A program made the position numbers and the translations under genes. Of a DNA stretch of 64,000 bases, positions 12,590 to 25,000 are shown one piece after another (within the stretch, counting starts at the first letter, position 1; the number at the start of each line of letters is the position of its first letter). This stretch comes from Heterodontus francisci. Taxonomy: Eukaryota. Where the stretch lies: the NCBI RefSeq assembly GCF_036365525.1, contig NC_090399.1:59180430-59244429 (forward strand), read 5' to 3'. A model generated the notes under the pieces. That model worked only from the letters and a program-made list of their open reading frames with translations, had not been told where the DNA came from and made no database searches.

Positions 12590-13815
12590 CATAGTCAGTG
12601 ATCTGTGATTGGTCAATGGCCTGTTGATCCCTCCCTATAATCAGTGATTTGTGATTGGTCAGTGGCCTGTCGATCCCTCCCTATGCTCAGTGATTTGTGA
12701 TTGGTCAGTGGCCTGTCGATCCCTCCCTGTGCTCAGTGATCTATGACCGGTCACCGGCCTGTCGATCCCTCCCTGTGTTCAGTGATCTGTGATTAGTTAC
12801 GGCCTGTCGATCCCTCCCTGTGCTCAGTGATCTGTGATTGTTCATCTGCCTGTCGATCCCTCCCTGTGCTCAGTGATTCGTCACCAGCCTGTCGATCCCT
12901 CCCTGTGCTCAGTGATCTATGATTGGTCACCGGCCTGTCGATCCCTCCCTGTGCTCAGTGATCTATGATTGGTCACCGGCCTGTCGATCCCTCCCTGTGC
13001 TCAGTGATCTATGATTGGTCACCTGCCTGTCGATCCCTCCCTGTGCTCAGTGATCTCTGATTGGTCACTGGCCTGTCGATCCCTCCCTGTGCTCAGTGAT
13101 CTATGATTGGTCACCTGCCTGTCGATCCCTCCCTGTGTTCAGTGATCTGTGATTAGTTACGGCCTGTCGATCCCTCCCTGTGCTCAGTGATCTGTGATTG
13201 TTCATCTGCCTGTCGATCCCTCCCTGTGCTCAGTGATCTCTGATTGGTCACTGGCCTGTCGATCCCTCCCTGTGCTCAGTGATCTGTGATTGTTCACCTG
13301 CCTGTCGATCCCTCCCTGTGCTCAGTGATCTGTGATTGTTCACCTGCCTGTCGATCCCTCCCTGTGCTCAGTGATCTCTGATTGGTCACTGGCCTGTCGA
13401 TCCCTCCCTGTGCTCAGTGATCTATGATTGGTCACCTGCCTGTCGATCCCTCCCTGTGCTCAGTGATCTGTGATTGTTCATCTGCCTGTCGATCCCTCCC
13501 TGTGCTCAGTGATTCGTCACCAGCCTGTCGATCCCTCCCTGTGCTCAGTGATCTATGATTGGTCACCGGCCTGTCGATCCCTCCCTGTGCTCAGTGATCT
13601 ATGATTGGTCACCGGCCTGTCGATCCCTCCCTGTGCTCAGTGATCTATGATTGGTCACCTGCCTGTCGATCCCTCCCTGTGCTCAGTGATCTCTGATTGG
13701 TCACTGGCCTGTCGATCCCTCCCTGTGCTCAGTGATCTGTGATTGGTCACGGCCTGTCGATCCCTCCCTGTGCTCAGTGATCTGTGATTGGTCACGGCCT
13801 GTCGATCCCTTCCCT
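12590..13815. repeat. 45-46-bp minisatellite, ~27 copies (gcctgtcgatccctccctgtgctcagtgatctatgattggtcaccg)
   Basis: Period read directly (12901 to 12947). Confidence 0.95.
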
Positions 13816-14209
13816 TTACTGGTTTAAATGAACATTTCTCAGATGCAGGAATGCAAGCAACAACAGCAATTAGAAACATCTCAATATTAAACTCCAAAAT
13901 ATTCAACTGGAGATTTCTACCAAATTACCAAGCAGAAAATAAACTCAGAATTCCAATAAATGATAGATGTATTGTTTCACTATATAAAACACAGCCAAAT
14001 AAAGATAAAACATCCAGATTGTTTCTAAATGAATCCTCCCAGTGACACAGCCAGTCCAATCTCTAGTTCGAGTAATCTTCAATTCGGAATCAACCTGGCA
14101 AATGAGAGATGGACAGAATCACATGGAGGCTTCACACCCAGTACAGGAGTTGGAACCCAGAAAGATCAATGTGGAAACTCTGTTCCTTAGACACTTACTC
14201 CATCCCTCT

Positions 14210-14720
14210 CCCTGGTCACTGTCAGACTGAACCAGATTGTTCACAACCTCAGTGTCCTATTTATTCCTGAGCTGAGCTTCCAACACCATAACCTCTCCAT
14301 CACCAAGATCCCCTCTTGATCCAGCGCAGTAACACTAACCTACTCCATCTCTGCCTCAGCTCATCTGCTGCTGAAACTCTCATCAATACCTTCATTACCC
14401 CCAGACACTGCTGACCAACCTCTCATATTTCATCCTCCATAAACTTCAGGTCATCCAAAACTCTGCTGCCCGAATCCTAACTCACACCAAGTCCCATTCA
14501 CCATCACCCCTGCGTTCTCTATCCTACATAGGTTCCTGGTCCGGTAATGTCTCAAATGATTTTAAGGTTCTCATCCTCATTGTCAAATCCCTCCATATCT
14601 TCATAACCTCTGTAGCCCCCCAACTTAGAGATCTCTACGCACCTCCAATTCTGACCTCTTTCTTCCCCCCCTCCCCCCCCAATCCCACTCCCTTTAACAC
14701 ATCATTGGCAGCTGTTCCAG
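14210..14720 (+). mobile_element. L2-like LINE 3' fragment
   Basis: NLSVLFIPELSF and IQNSAARILT.TKS..PITP, typical of the L2 ORF2 C-terminus. Confidence 0.75.
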
Positions 14721-15969
14721 GTGTCATGGGACAGGTTCCCTACAGTCACAGGTAAAGAGTGCAGTGATATGACTGAACCCAGACTGACCAGCCTGAACCC
14801 ACAATCCATCCCCTGAAACTTCTCCAGGAGCACCATATCTCAGTGAAGATCGAGTGTCCCAGCACTGGATCACCAGGCTCACTGCACAATCTATCAGTCT
14901 AAGACCCAGGCTCCAAAATGAAGTCTAATCTCTGTCCCCACGTACACAGCACAACTATCTCCCCCTCTCCAGGTGACAGATCCCATCCTCCAGTATATTA
15001 AACAGCTGCAGTGTCTCACTAAACAGCTGACAGCATCCGGAAGTTTGTTGCTCACCAGACCAGCTTTAGAAAGTTCCAGTTCTCCGTGTGATTCATGTCT
15101 TTGCTGCCTGGAATATTAACCTGCACAATCCAGTCACACTCCTGGAATCACCTGCTCCCTTCCCAACATATTGACCTCCCATTGGTCCAAAACAGTTGTA
15201 CGTTTAATTCATTGGCTCAAGGGAACTGGATGCAGGTCAGGCACATTTAACAGAACAAGAGAATCCCAGGAGGTTCGTGTTACACCATCAGTGCAGGACC
15301 AGGGGTACAAAGTAACAAGACAAGTTCAGAACAAGTCAGCAGTACTTAGACTGGTCTCTGGATAGAGACGTGGACAGCAGTTAGACATGGGGGAGTGTGA
15401 GGAATCATAGCAGTCTGAGCAAGGAGGAGCCAGAGAGGCTGAATGGCCTCCCTGTGGTTTGTAATATACAAGTATATCTTTGTGATGGGGAAGAGCAGCA
15501 ATGAATGGTGAAGAGCAGTAGGAGAATGAAAGGAGGTGACTCGAGGTTAAATTGAGGAGGAAAGCTTCATTCTACCTGACCAGACCTGGGCCTGCTCGAT
15601 ACTGATGGTGGGTTAAAAAAACTGCTCCTTGTCACAAAACCAGCTGATATTGATGGAACTCCTGTGTATTAAACCAGAGTTGATCAATGGTAGGCCACGA
15701 CTATCAGAGTTAGTCACTTTACCATTGGAGCTTGTGTCTCTTACAGACTGGCTCATGAAACTCAACTTACACTTTATTTATTTATTTTTATTTCTATTTA
15801 GAGATACAGCACTATGTGAGAAATTTATGTAAACAAGTAAAAACACTGCGAGCCAGTGGTGAAACTCAGTAAAGTCCCTTCCGATACCCTGAGCTCACAG
15901 TTACTGCTGTTTATAAACTGCTTTGATGCTAGTTTAGCTGCTGTTAAACTCCAGTGAGTGATTCATACC

Positions 15970-16016
15970 TCAGGCCAGGGCTGATGAGTTCGAGGATGAT
16001 TCCACTCCTCTTACAG
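15970..16016 (-). CDS. UAA: MHC-I exon 7, cytoplasmic end (PVRGVESSSNSSALA-stop)
   Basis: Acceptor tttctttttcacag|CT; Ser-rich tail typical of class I; TGA at 15972-15970 followed by G|GTATGA donor. Confidence 0.87.
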
Positions 16017-19000
16017 CTGTGAAAAAGAAAGATTTCAGTCACACAGTCACTTTACAACATGGNNNNNNNNNNNNNNNNNNNNNNNNNNNNNNNNNNNNNN
16101 NNNNNNNNNNNNNNNNNNNNNNNNNNNNNNNNNNNNNNNNNNNNNNNNNNNNNNNNNNNNNNNNNNNNNNNNNNNNNNNNNNNNNNNNNNNNNNNNNNNN
16201 NNNNNNNNNNNNNNNNNNNNNNNNNNNNNNNNNNNNNNNNNNNNNNNNNNNNNNNNNNNNAGACAAAGTAATGGAGCTATACTGTCTTAACAGACCAGAA
16301 ATGGCTGTTCAGCCAATCGAGTCCATGCCAGAAAGTTCTGCCTCGAAGACAAGGCAGCTAACAACTGAACCAGACTATTGTAATATTTGCACACTTACGA
16401 TTTGCTGAGCTGTAACTGTGTTTATATTCTCCTCCTACAAAGATCAGAAACAGAACTTCAGTTAACAAAAGCTCCCCCACCCACCCCTCACCCACACAAA
16501 CTTACTGTAGTCATGGGGGGAATGACCAGCTTAACCTGAGCTCACTTACAGGAGACTCTGCTCCTCACTCAACCCTTTACTCTGCATTCAGCCCAGTCCC
16601 TTCATCCCCTGTACAGGCCCCCCAGTCCCCTCACTCCCTGTAGGGGACCTCAGTCCCCTGACTCCCCATATGGGCCCTCAGTCACCTCACACCCTGTACG
16701 GGACCTCAGTCCCCTCACCCCCTGTACGGGATCTCAGTCCCCTCACTCCCTGTAGGGGACCTCAGTCCCCTGACTCCCTATATGGGCCCTCAGTCACCTC
16801 ACACCCTGTACGGGACCTCAGTCACCTCACTCCCTGTACGGGATCTCAGTCCCCTCACTCCCTGTACGGGACCTCAGTCCTCTCACTCCCTGTACGGGAC
16901 CTCAGTCACCTCACTCCATGTAAGGGTCCCTCAGTCCCCTGACTCCCCATATAGGCCCTCAGTCACCTCACTCCCTGTACGGGACCTCAGTCCCCTGACT
17001 CCCGATATGGGCCCTCAGTCACCTCACTCCCTGTACAGGCCCCCAGTCCCCTCACTCCCTGTACAGGCCCTCAGTCACCTCACTCCCTGTACAGGCCCCC
17101 AGTCCCCTCACTCCATGTACGGGACCCCCAGTCCCCTCACTCCGTGTAAGAGTCCCTCAGTCCCAGCTCCCCATATGGGCCCTCGGTCCTCTCACTTCCT
17201 GTTCCTCAGCCCCCTCACGCTCTGTACATCACTGGACTGTGTGTGCATTTCCCACATGTGTAGGAAAGTCTCTAATGCTTTGATATTTGTGCTTTAACAT
17301 TTTAAAACTGCTGATACCAGAGAGTGACAGACCCTGCCCTCACTTCCTACCTCTCCTTTTCAACGCAACTGCACCGATGACAACAGCAATCAGAGCGATG
17401 GCAGCAACAACAATTCCAACAATCAGTCTGATATTTGTTCCCTCTGAAGATCCTACAGTCACTGGGAGCATCCTGGCTGTGGGGGGGGGAGGGGGGAAAT
17501 GAGGAGGAGATCAATGAATAACCACAATCGCTGCTCATTCAGAAGCAAGTGTACCAAAGCGGGGCCTGAGTTTGAATGAGATTCAAGTCTGTGATGTAAT
17601 GGGCAGTCTCTGAGCAGAGCATGTTGTAGGTTAGAAAGGTTCAGCATGACTTGGATTACACTCCTGTGAAGCACTTTGGGATGTTTATCTACATTAAAGG
17701 AGATAAATAAATGCAGACATTGGAATTCCACATCATTCCAAAGACACTTCCAGTCACCCAAACAAGTGATTAATTCCCACATCAATCTCAGAATAGGCTT
17801 GTTGCAGCATAGTGATGGGAGGTAGGGAGTTTCTAGGGAAAGGAAAGAGGGGGTGCCATATTGATCAAAGATACTGTTACAGCACTGGAAAGGGGTGACA
17901 TGCTGGAGGATTCAATGTCAGAATCTATTTGGGTAGAGTTAAGGAACAATAGAGGAGCTATTTCATTGCTGGGTGTAAACTATTGGTCACCCCAAATATA
18001 GGGAAGGAGGTCGAGAAGCAAATCTGCAGGTAGATTGCAGAAAGATGTAAGAACTTTAGAATGGTGATAATGGGGGAGTTCAATCATCCTAATATAGACT
18101 GGGATAGTAACAATGTAAAGGCAAAGGTCAGAAAGGAATTCCTGAAATGTATACAAGAGAACTTTATTGATCATTGTGTTTCCAGTTCAATGTGGAAGGA
18201 GGCAGTGTTGGATCTAGTTCTGGGGAATGAAGTAGGGCAAGTGGAGCATGTTTTAATTGGGGTGCATTTGGGAAACAGTGATCACAATATCATCAGGTTT
18301 ACAGTAGTTATGGAAAATGACATGGAACAATTGAACATGAAATTACTCAACTGGAGGAGGGCTAATTTCAGTGAGTTGAAAAGCAGTCGATTGGTTTGAT
18401 AAACATCACTAAAGAGGGTGCTGCTAATTTCACAGTAGAGGAAGAGGTAGTAGAGAAACTGAATAGAATAAAAATTGATAAAGAGGAGGTAGTTAAAAGG
18501 TTGGCAATGCTGAAAGTAGAAAAGTCACTGAGATTACTGAGGGAATTAAAGGTGGAGATATCGGAGGCTGTGGTCACAATCTTGCAATCCTCCTTCGGTA
18601 GTGGGATGGTGCCAGAGGACTGGANNNNNNNNNNNNNNNNNNNNNNNNNNNNNNNNNNNNNNNNNNNNNNNNNNNNNNNNNNNNNNNNNNNNNNNNNNNN
18701 NNNNNNNNNNNNNNNNNNNNNNNNNNNNNNNNNNNNNNNNNNNNNNNNNNNNNNNNNNNNNNNNNNNNNNNNNNNNNNNNNNNACTTCAGTGGTGCGAGA
18801 ATGTTGAGACAACAGGAATAGGAGTAGACCATTCAATCCTTAGAGCCTGTTCTGCCATTCAGTGATATTGAGGGTGATCTGTGTCCTAACTCCATATACC
18901 TCAATAGATTAGCTAGCAAAAAAATCTATTGACCTCAGATCTGAATTTAATTGAGCTAGCATTTACTGCTTTTTATGGAACAGAGTTACACACTTCTCCC

Positions 19001-22000
19001 ACCATCTGTTTGAAGAAACGCTTCCTAACTTCTCTCCTGAATGGTCTGGGTCTGATTTCAATGTTATATCCCCTTTGTCCGAGACTCCACCACCAGCAGA
19101 AAAGTTTCTTTCCATCTACCTTACCCTCAATTCCTTCCAAAATCCTGAAAACCTCAATCGTCCTTTAACCTTCTCTATCCCAGGGAACACAAGCCTAGTC
19201 TGTGTAATCTCTCCTCATAATTAAACCTTTGTAGCCAAGTAACATTCTGTTGAATCTGTGCTGCACTCCTTCCAAGGCCAGTATATTTATACCTTTCTAA
19301 AGATGAGGTGCCCAGAACTGTACACAGTTCTCCAGGTCTGGTCCGAGACAAGGCTTTCCACCATTTAGAAAATACGCTGATCTACCCTTATTTCATCCAA
19401 AATGGATGACTTCACGTTTGCCTGCACGGAAATACATCTGCCACAATTTTGCCCACCCAAACAATCAATGTCTCTTGTAATTTTATGCTCCTGTCTACTC
19501 TGCTTGCTATGCCACTGAACCTGGTGTCATCAGTAAACTTGGATATGTGTCGCTCTATTGTGCTTTTTAAGACTTTAAATACTGAATGGTTGAGGCCCCA
19601 GCACAGATCCCCGTGAGATAACACTGGTCATTTCCTTCCAATTCATACATACCCATTATCCCTACAGTCTGTCTACTGCCAAATCAATTTCCTAATCAGC
19701 TCAATAATATGCTTTCAATTCCAAGAGCTTTAAGAAATCTCTTATGTGGAACCTTATCGAAAGTCTTCAGCAAGTCCACATAAACTATATCCATAGACAT
19801 TCCCCTATCCACTACTTTAGTTACTTCCTCAAAAAAATTCAATTTGTTTCATTAGACATGACCTCCCCCTTACAAATCCACATTGGCTCTCTTCAATCAG
19901 CTCAAATTTCTCTAAGTACTCAGTCACTCTGTCTTAATGATAGATTCCATAACCTTCCCCACAACAGATGTTAGACTAACAGATTTATAATTTCTTGGTT
20001 TCTCTCTCACCTTTCTTTAATAATGAAGTTATGTATACAATTTTCCAATCGATAGGAATAATTCCTGCATCGAGGGAGCTTTGGAAGATTATGGCGAAAT
20101 TATCTACAATTTCCTCACCTACTTTCTTTAAAACCCAGGGGTGAAACCAACAGGTCCTGGGCATTTCTCAGTCTCTACAGTCATTTTTCTAAATACTATT
20201 TTCCAGCTTACATTGTCATTGGTTCATTATTTGTTTCCCTGCAATGTCAGGTATATTATCCTTTCCCATTCCTATGAAGATTGAAGCCTGGAAAAAGTAA
20301 AGCAGTAACAGAGCAATGGAGAACATTCGGGAAGAGATAGTTCAGACAGAAACATATAAACTAGATATGTTCCTTTGAAGGGGAAAGGGCAGAGCATCCA
20401 AAGCTAATGTGCCCTGGATGACAAAGGAAGTAAAAGTTAAACTAAAGCAGAGAAAAAAGGAGGCTATGACAGATGTCACTAGCAAGATTCAGTTAATAAC
20501 CAGGAAGATTATGAAAAGTACAGGAATGTACAAATACACCAATCACTACAGGTTAGCAAGGCTTTCTTTCTAGAGGAATAGAATTGAAAAGTACTGAAAT
20601 TATGTTAAACCTGTATCAAACCGCGCGACGTCCCAGTTGCCATATTATAAAAAAAGAGATAGAAGCACTCAAGAGAGTGAAAGAAGATTTACAAGGACAA
20701 TACAGGAAATACATGGGTATACATATCAGGAAAGGATGAACAGCTGGGTCTCTTTTCTCTTTAAAAACAAGGATGAATTGTGACTGAAAAGAGGTCTTTA
20801 AAATTTGACAGGATTTCACAGAGTGGATAGAGAGAGAAATTTTCCACTTGTTGGGAAGACCATAACAGGAGGAGATCAATAACAGATAGCTACCATGTGA
20901 ACACAGAATTCGCTATCACAGGGAGTGATTGAAGCAAATAGTATCGATCTATTTAAGGAGAAACTAGACAAGCATATGAGGGAGAAGGGAATACAGAGTT
21001 ACGATGATAGATTTTTTTTAGTTTAGAGATACAGCACTGAAACAGGCCCTTCGGCCCACCGAGTCTGTGCTGACCATCAACCACTCATTTATACTAATCC
21101 AACACTAATTCCATTTTCCTACCACATCCCCACCTGTCCCTATATTTCCCTCCCTATACTAGGAGCAATTGCTAATGGCCAATTCACCTGTCAACCTGCA
21201 AGTCTTTGGCATGTGGGAGGAAACCGGAGCACCCGGAGGAAACCCACGCAGACACAGGGAGAACTTGCAAACTCCACAGAGGCAGTACCCAGAATTGAAC
21301 CCGGGCCGCTGGAGCTGTGAGGCTGTGGTGCTAACCACTGCGCCGCCCTTTAAATGAGGAAAGATGGGAGGAGGCTTGAGTGGTGCATAAACACCAACAT
21401 GGACTGGTTGGGCCGAATGGCCAGTTTCTCTACTATTTATCCTATGTAATCTTTCAATCTTCATTGGATATAGGAGCGCTATTGGAGAACTGGAGGGTTG
21501 CTAATGTTATACCACTATTAAAGAAAGGGGAGAGGGATAAACCAGGAAATCACAGGCCAGTCAGCTGATAATTGGTAGTGGGGAAGTTATTCAAATCCAG
21601 TATCAAGGACAAAATTAACTTTCAATTGGAAAGGCATGGGTTAATTAAGAAGAGCCAGCATGGGTTTGTTAAAGGCAAATTGTGTCTGACCAACTTGATT
21701 GAATTCTTTGATGAGGTAACGAAGAAGATTGATCAACATAGTTCAATAGATATAAAAACAAGAAATGCTGGAACCACTCAGTAGGTCTGACAGCATCTGT
21801 GAAAAGAGAAGCAGAGTTAATGTTTCGGGTCAGTGACCCTTCTTTGGAACTGACAAATAGTTCAATAGATGTTGCACATATGGACTTTTGGAAGGCGTTC
21901 AGCAAAATGCTGCACAGGAGGCTTATTAAGGAGATGTCAGCCCATGGAACCAAGGGGATATGAAACTGGCTCAGTGACTGGAAGCAAAGGATGTTGGTAG

Positions 22001-25000
22001 ATGTTTTTCAGATTGGGAAGTGGGGGGCAGTGTTGTTTCCCAAGGGTCAGTTTTGGGTCCATTACTCTTGGCAACATTTATAAATGGCTTAGGCTTAGGT
22101 GTAGGGAACAGCATTATAAAGTTTGCAAATGATAAAACTTTTGGCAAAGTAGTATGGAGTAATGAGGATAGGATGAACATGGAGAGACAATATAGAATAA
22201 AGGGTACAATTCAGAAGTGGGGGCAGGAGCAGAGGGACCTATGTGTATATGTGCAAAAGTCATTGAAGGTGGCAGGACAGGTTGAAAGAGAGGTTAATAA
22301 AGCATACAGTATCCTGTGCTTTATTAGTAGGGGGATAGAGTACAAGAGCAAGGAAGTTATGTTGAATTTATATAAGACACTAGTTTGGCCTCAGCTGGAG
22401 CATTGCATCCAGTTCTGGTGGCTGCACTTTAGGAAAGATGTGAAGGCATTGGAGAGATTACAGAAAGGATTCATGAGAATGGTTCCAGGGATGAAGAACT
22501 TCAGTTATGAAGATAGATTGGAGAAGTTAAGACTGTTTTCCTTGGAGAAGAGAACGCTGAGAGGTGATTTGATAGAGGTATTCAAAATCATGAGGGGTCT
22601 GAACAGAGTAGAGAGAGAGAAACTGTTCCCACTCGTGAAAGGATCGAGAATGAGAGGGCACAGATTTCAAGTATTTGGTAAAGTTAAGCAAAAGTGACAT
22701 GAGGAAAAGCTGTTTCATGCAGTGAGTGCTTATGGTTTAGAATGCACTGCCTGAGAACGTGGTGGAGGCAGGTTCAATTGAAGCATTCAAAAGGGAATTA
22801 GACAGTTATATGACAAGGAAGAATGTGCAGGGTTACAGGGAGAAGGCAGCTGAATGGAACTGAGGAAATTGCTCTTTCAGAGAGCCAGTGTAGACAAGAT
22901 GGACTGAATGGCCTTCTCCTGCACGGTAACGATTCTGTGATTCAATCATTCTAGGCTTCAGGGTGACAGGATGGTGAAATGGACAAAGACATGGCAGGTG
23001 AAGTTCAATGTAGGGAAGTGTGAAGTGATGCACTTTGGAAGGACTAATGTTGAAAGAATGTAGATGATATTTTGAAAAGTGTAGATGAATAAAGAGACCT
23101 TGGTTTCCATATGCACAAATCCTTAAAGATGGCACAGCAAGTTGATAAGGTGGTTGTAAAAGTATATGGGTTACATGGATTTATAAATCGAGGTACAGAA
23201 TATAAAAGTAAAGAGATCATGCTAGAACTTTATAAATCACTGGTTAGGCCTCGGTTGGAGTATTGTGGACAATTCCGGCCACCACACTTCCGAAAAGATG
23301 TAAAGGCCTTAGAAAGGGCACAGAGGAGGTTTATCAGGATGTTAACAGAGATAACAGACTATAGTTATGAGGAGAGGTTGGAAAAGTTAGGACTGTTCCC
23401 CTTGGAATAGAGAAGGTTAAGAGGTGACCTAATAGATTTTTTTCAAGATGATGAGCAGTTTTGCTAAGGTAGAGAGAGGAAAGTTATTCCCTCCGGTGAG
23501 TGGGTCAATAACCAGAGGTTATAGATTTAAAATCATTGGTAAAAGATAGAGAGGGGAAATGAGGATTTTATTTTACTCAGCTGTCGGGATCTGGAATGTT
23601 CTACCTGAAAAGAAGTGGAAGCTGATTCCAGAAACAATTTTAAACAGGGTGTTGTACAGATATTTGAGGATGATGAGCTGACACATTTAGGGACAAAAAG
23701 CAGACTCATGGGACTAAGAATGACTACTCATCCCAAGAGCCAGCATAGGCTCTATGGGCCAAATGGCCTCCTACTGTGCTGTAGGGTTCTATGATTCAAT
23801 GACACGAAGTTCCAACAAAATAAAACACTGCAGATGCTGGAAATCTGAAATAAAAACATAACATTCTAGAAATACTCAGCAGGTCAGGCAGCATCTATGA
23901 TGTGAGCAACAGAGTTAATGTTTCAGGTCAATACCACTTTGTCAGAATGGAGGTCACTGATCTGAAAGGTTAACACTATTGCTCTCTGTACAGATGCTAC
24001 CTGACCTGCTGAGTATTTCCAACATTGTCTGTTTTTATTGTATTATTCTAAAAGTCCTACCCTTTCCTTATTCACATTTGCAGTATGACCGCAATGATTT
24101 TTAAAGGGCCACATGGGCCTTTTTCTTCTGACATAATTGTAAAAGCTTTGTGTTAATCTTGATACCCTCATAAATGTCTGTTGATATTTCTGCTCTTACT
24201 GTATGTTCTTTCGCTCTCTCCCAGTCCACTCGATCTATACTATGCTTTGCTTTATCCTTTAGTTTTAGGTTACCTTTCACTTCTTCTCGAGTAGACCTCT
24301 CGGCCCTTCTCGTTTCTGTATTAAGCTAAATTCTTTTCTGAACACCTCCCACTGTTCATCTGTAGTTTTACCCAATAACAGTTTTGTTCAGTTTGCGGTC
24401 ATCAGTCTCTGTCTCATCCTATTAAAAGTTAGCCTTACCAAATTCGAGGATCTTCATAACAGTATTATGTTTTTCCTTTTCAAACATGTCAGGCTCGCAG
24501 TTAAGTAAATGTTCCCTTACCGTTAGATTAACTATGTCTGGCTCACTACTAGATCTAGTGTGGCCTGCCTGTTTGTTGGTTCCAGAAAACTATGTTGAAT
24601 GCAGTCAAGAAATTCACAAGCTTTCTGACTTGAGCTACTCTGTTCTTCCCAATCTATATGGGAATTAAAGTCTCCCATTAAAACATCTCTTCATTGACTA
24701 CAAGTCTCTTTGATCTCTGAATTAACAGCTATGCAGTGGAAGAATGTATTATCAGGATGCCTGTAGCCAACTCCCATTAAAATTCTTATCACAGTCTCCA
24801 TTGATTGCTTTCACTTACCTCGATCCTCTCTTGTTAATGTTGTAACAATCTGGGACAAACTTAATGTCAGGTGGAAAAACATGGGTTAATAAATTGAAAG
24901 CGAGCACAGAATTGTCAAAGGCAAACTTGTCAAACTTGATCAAGTTCTCTGATGAATAGACGGACAGTGTTGATGAGGGTAGTGTGCTGTATGTTGTGTA

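Larger units (their letters stand above)
12290..14094 (-). other. Probable non-coding terminal exon (3' UTR) of the MHC-I gene
   Basis: The donor 1 nt after the stop implies another exon. Acceptor ccatctctcatttgccag|GTTG at 14095/14094. AATAAA at 12314-12309 followed by a GT-rich downstream element (tgtatctgtgtgtt). Boundaries are inferred. Confidence 0.6.

Noticed and set aside
17470-17476. Alternative acceptor ccag|GATG 4 nt inside exon 5
   Set aside because: Shifts the frame and loses the TM helix; cacag|CCAG keeps frame.
21012-21348. tRNA genes (also at 32033 and 57505)
   Set aside because: The A/B boxes belong to SINE heads; no full cloverleaf.
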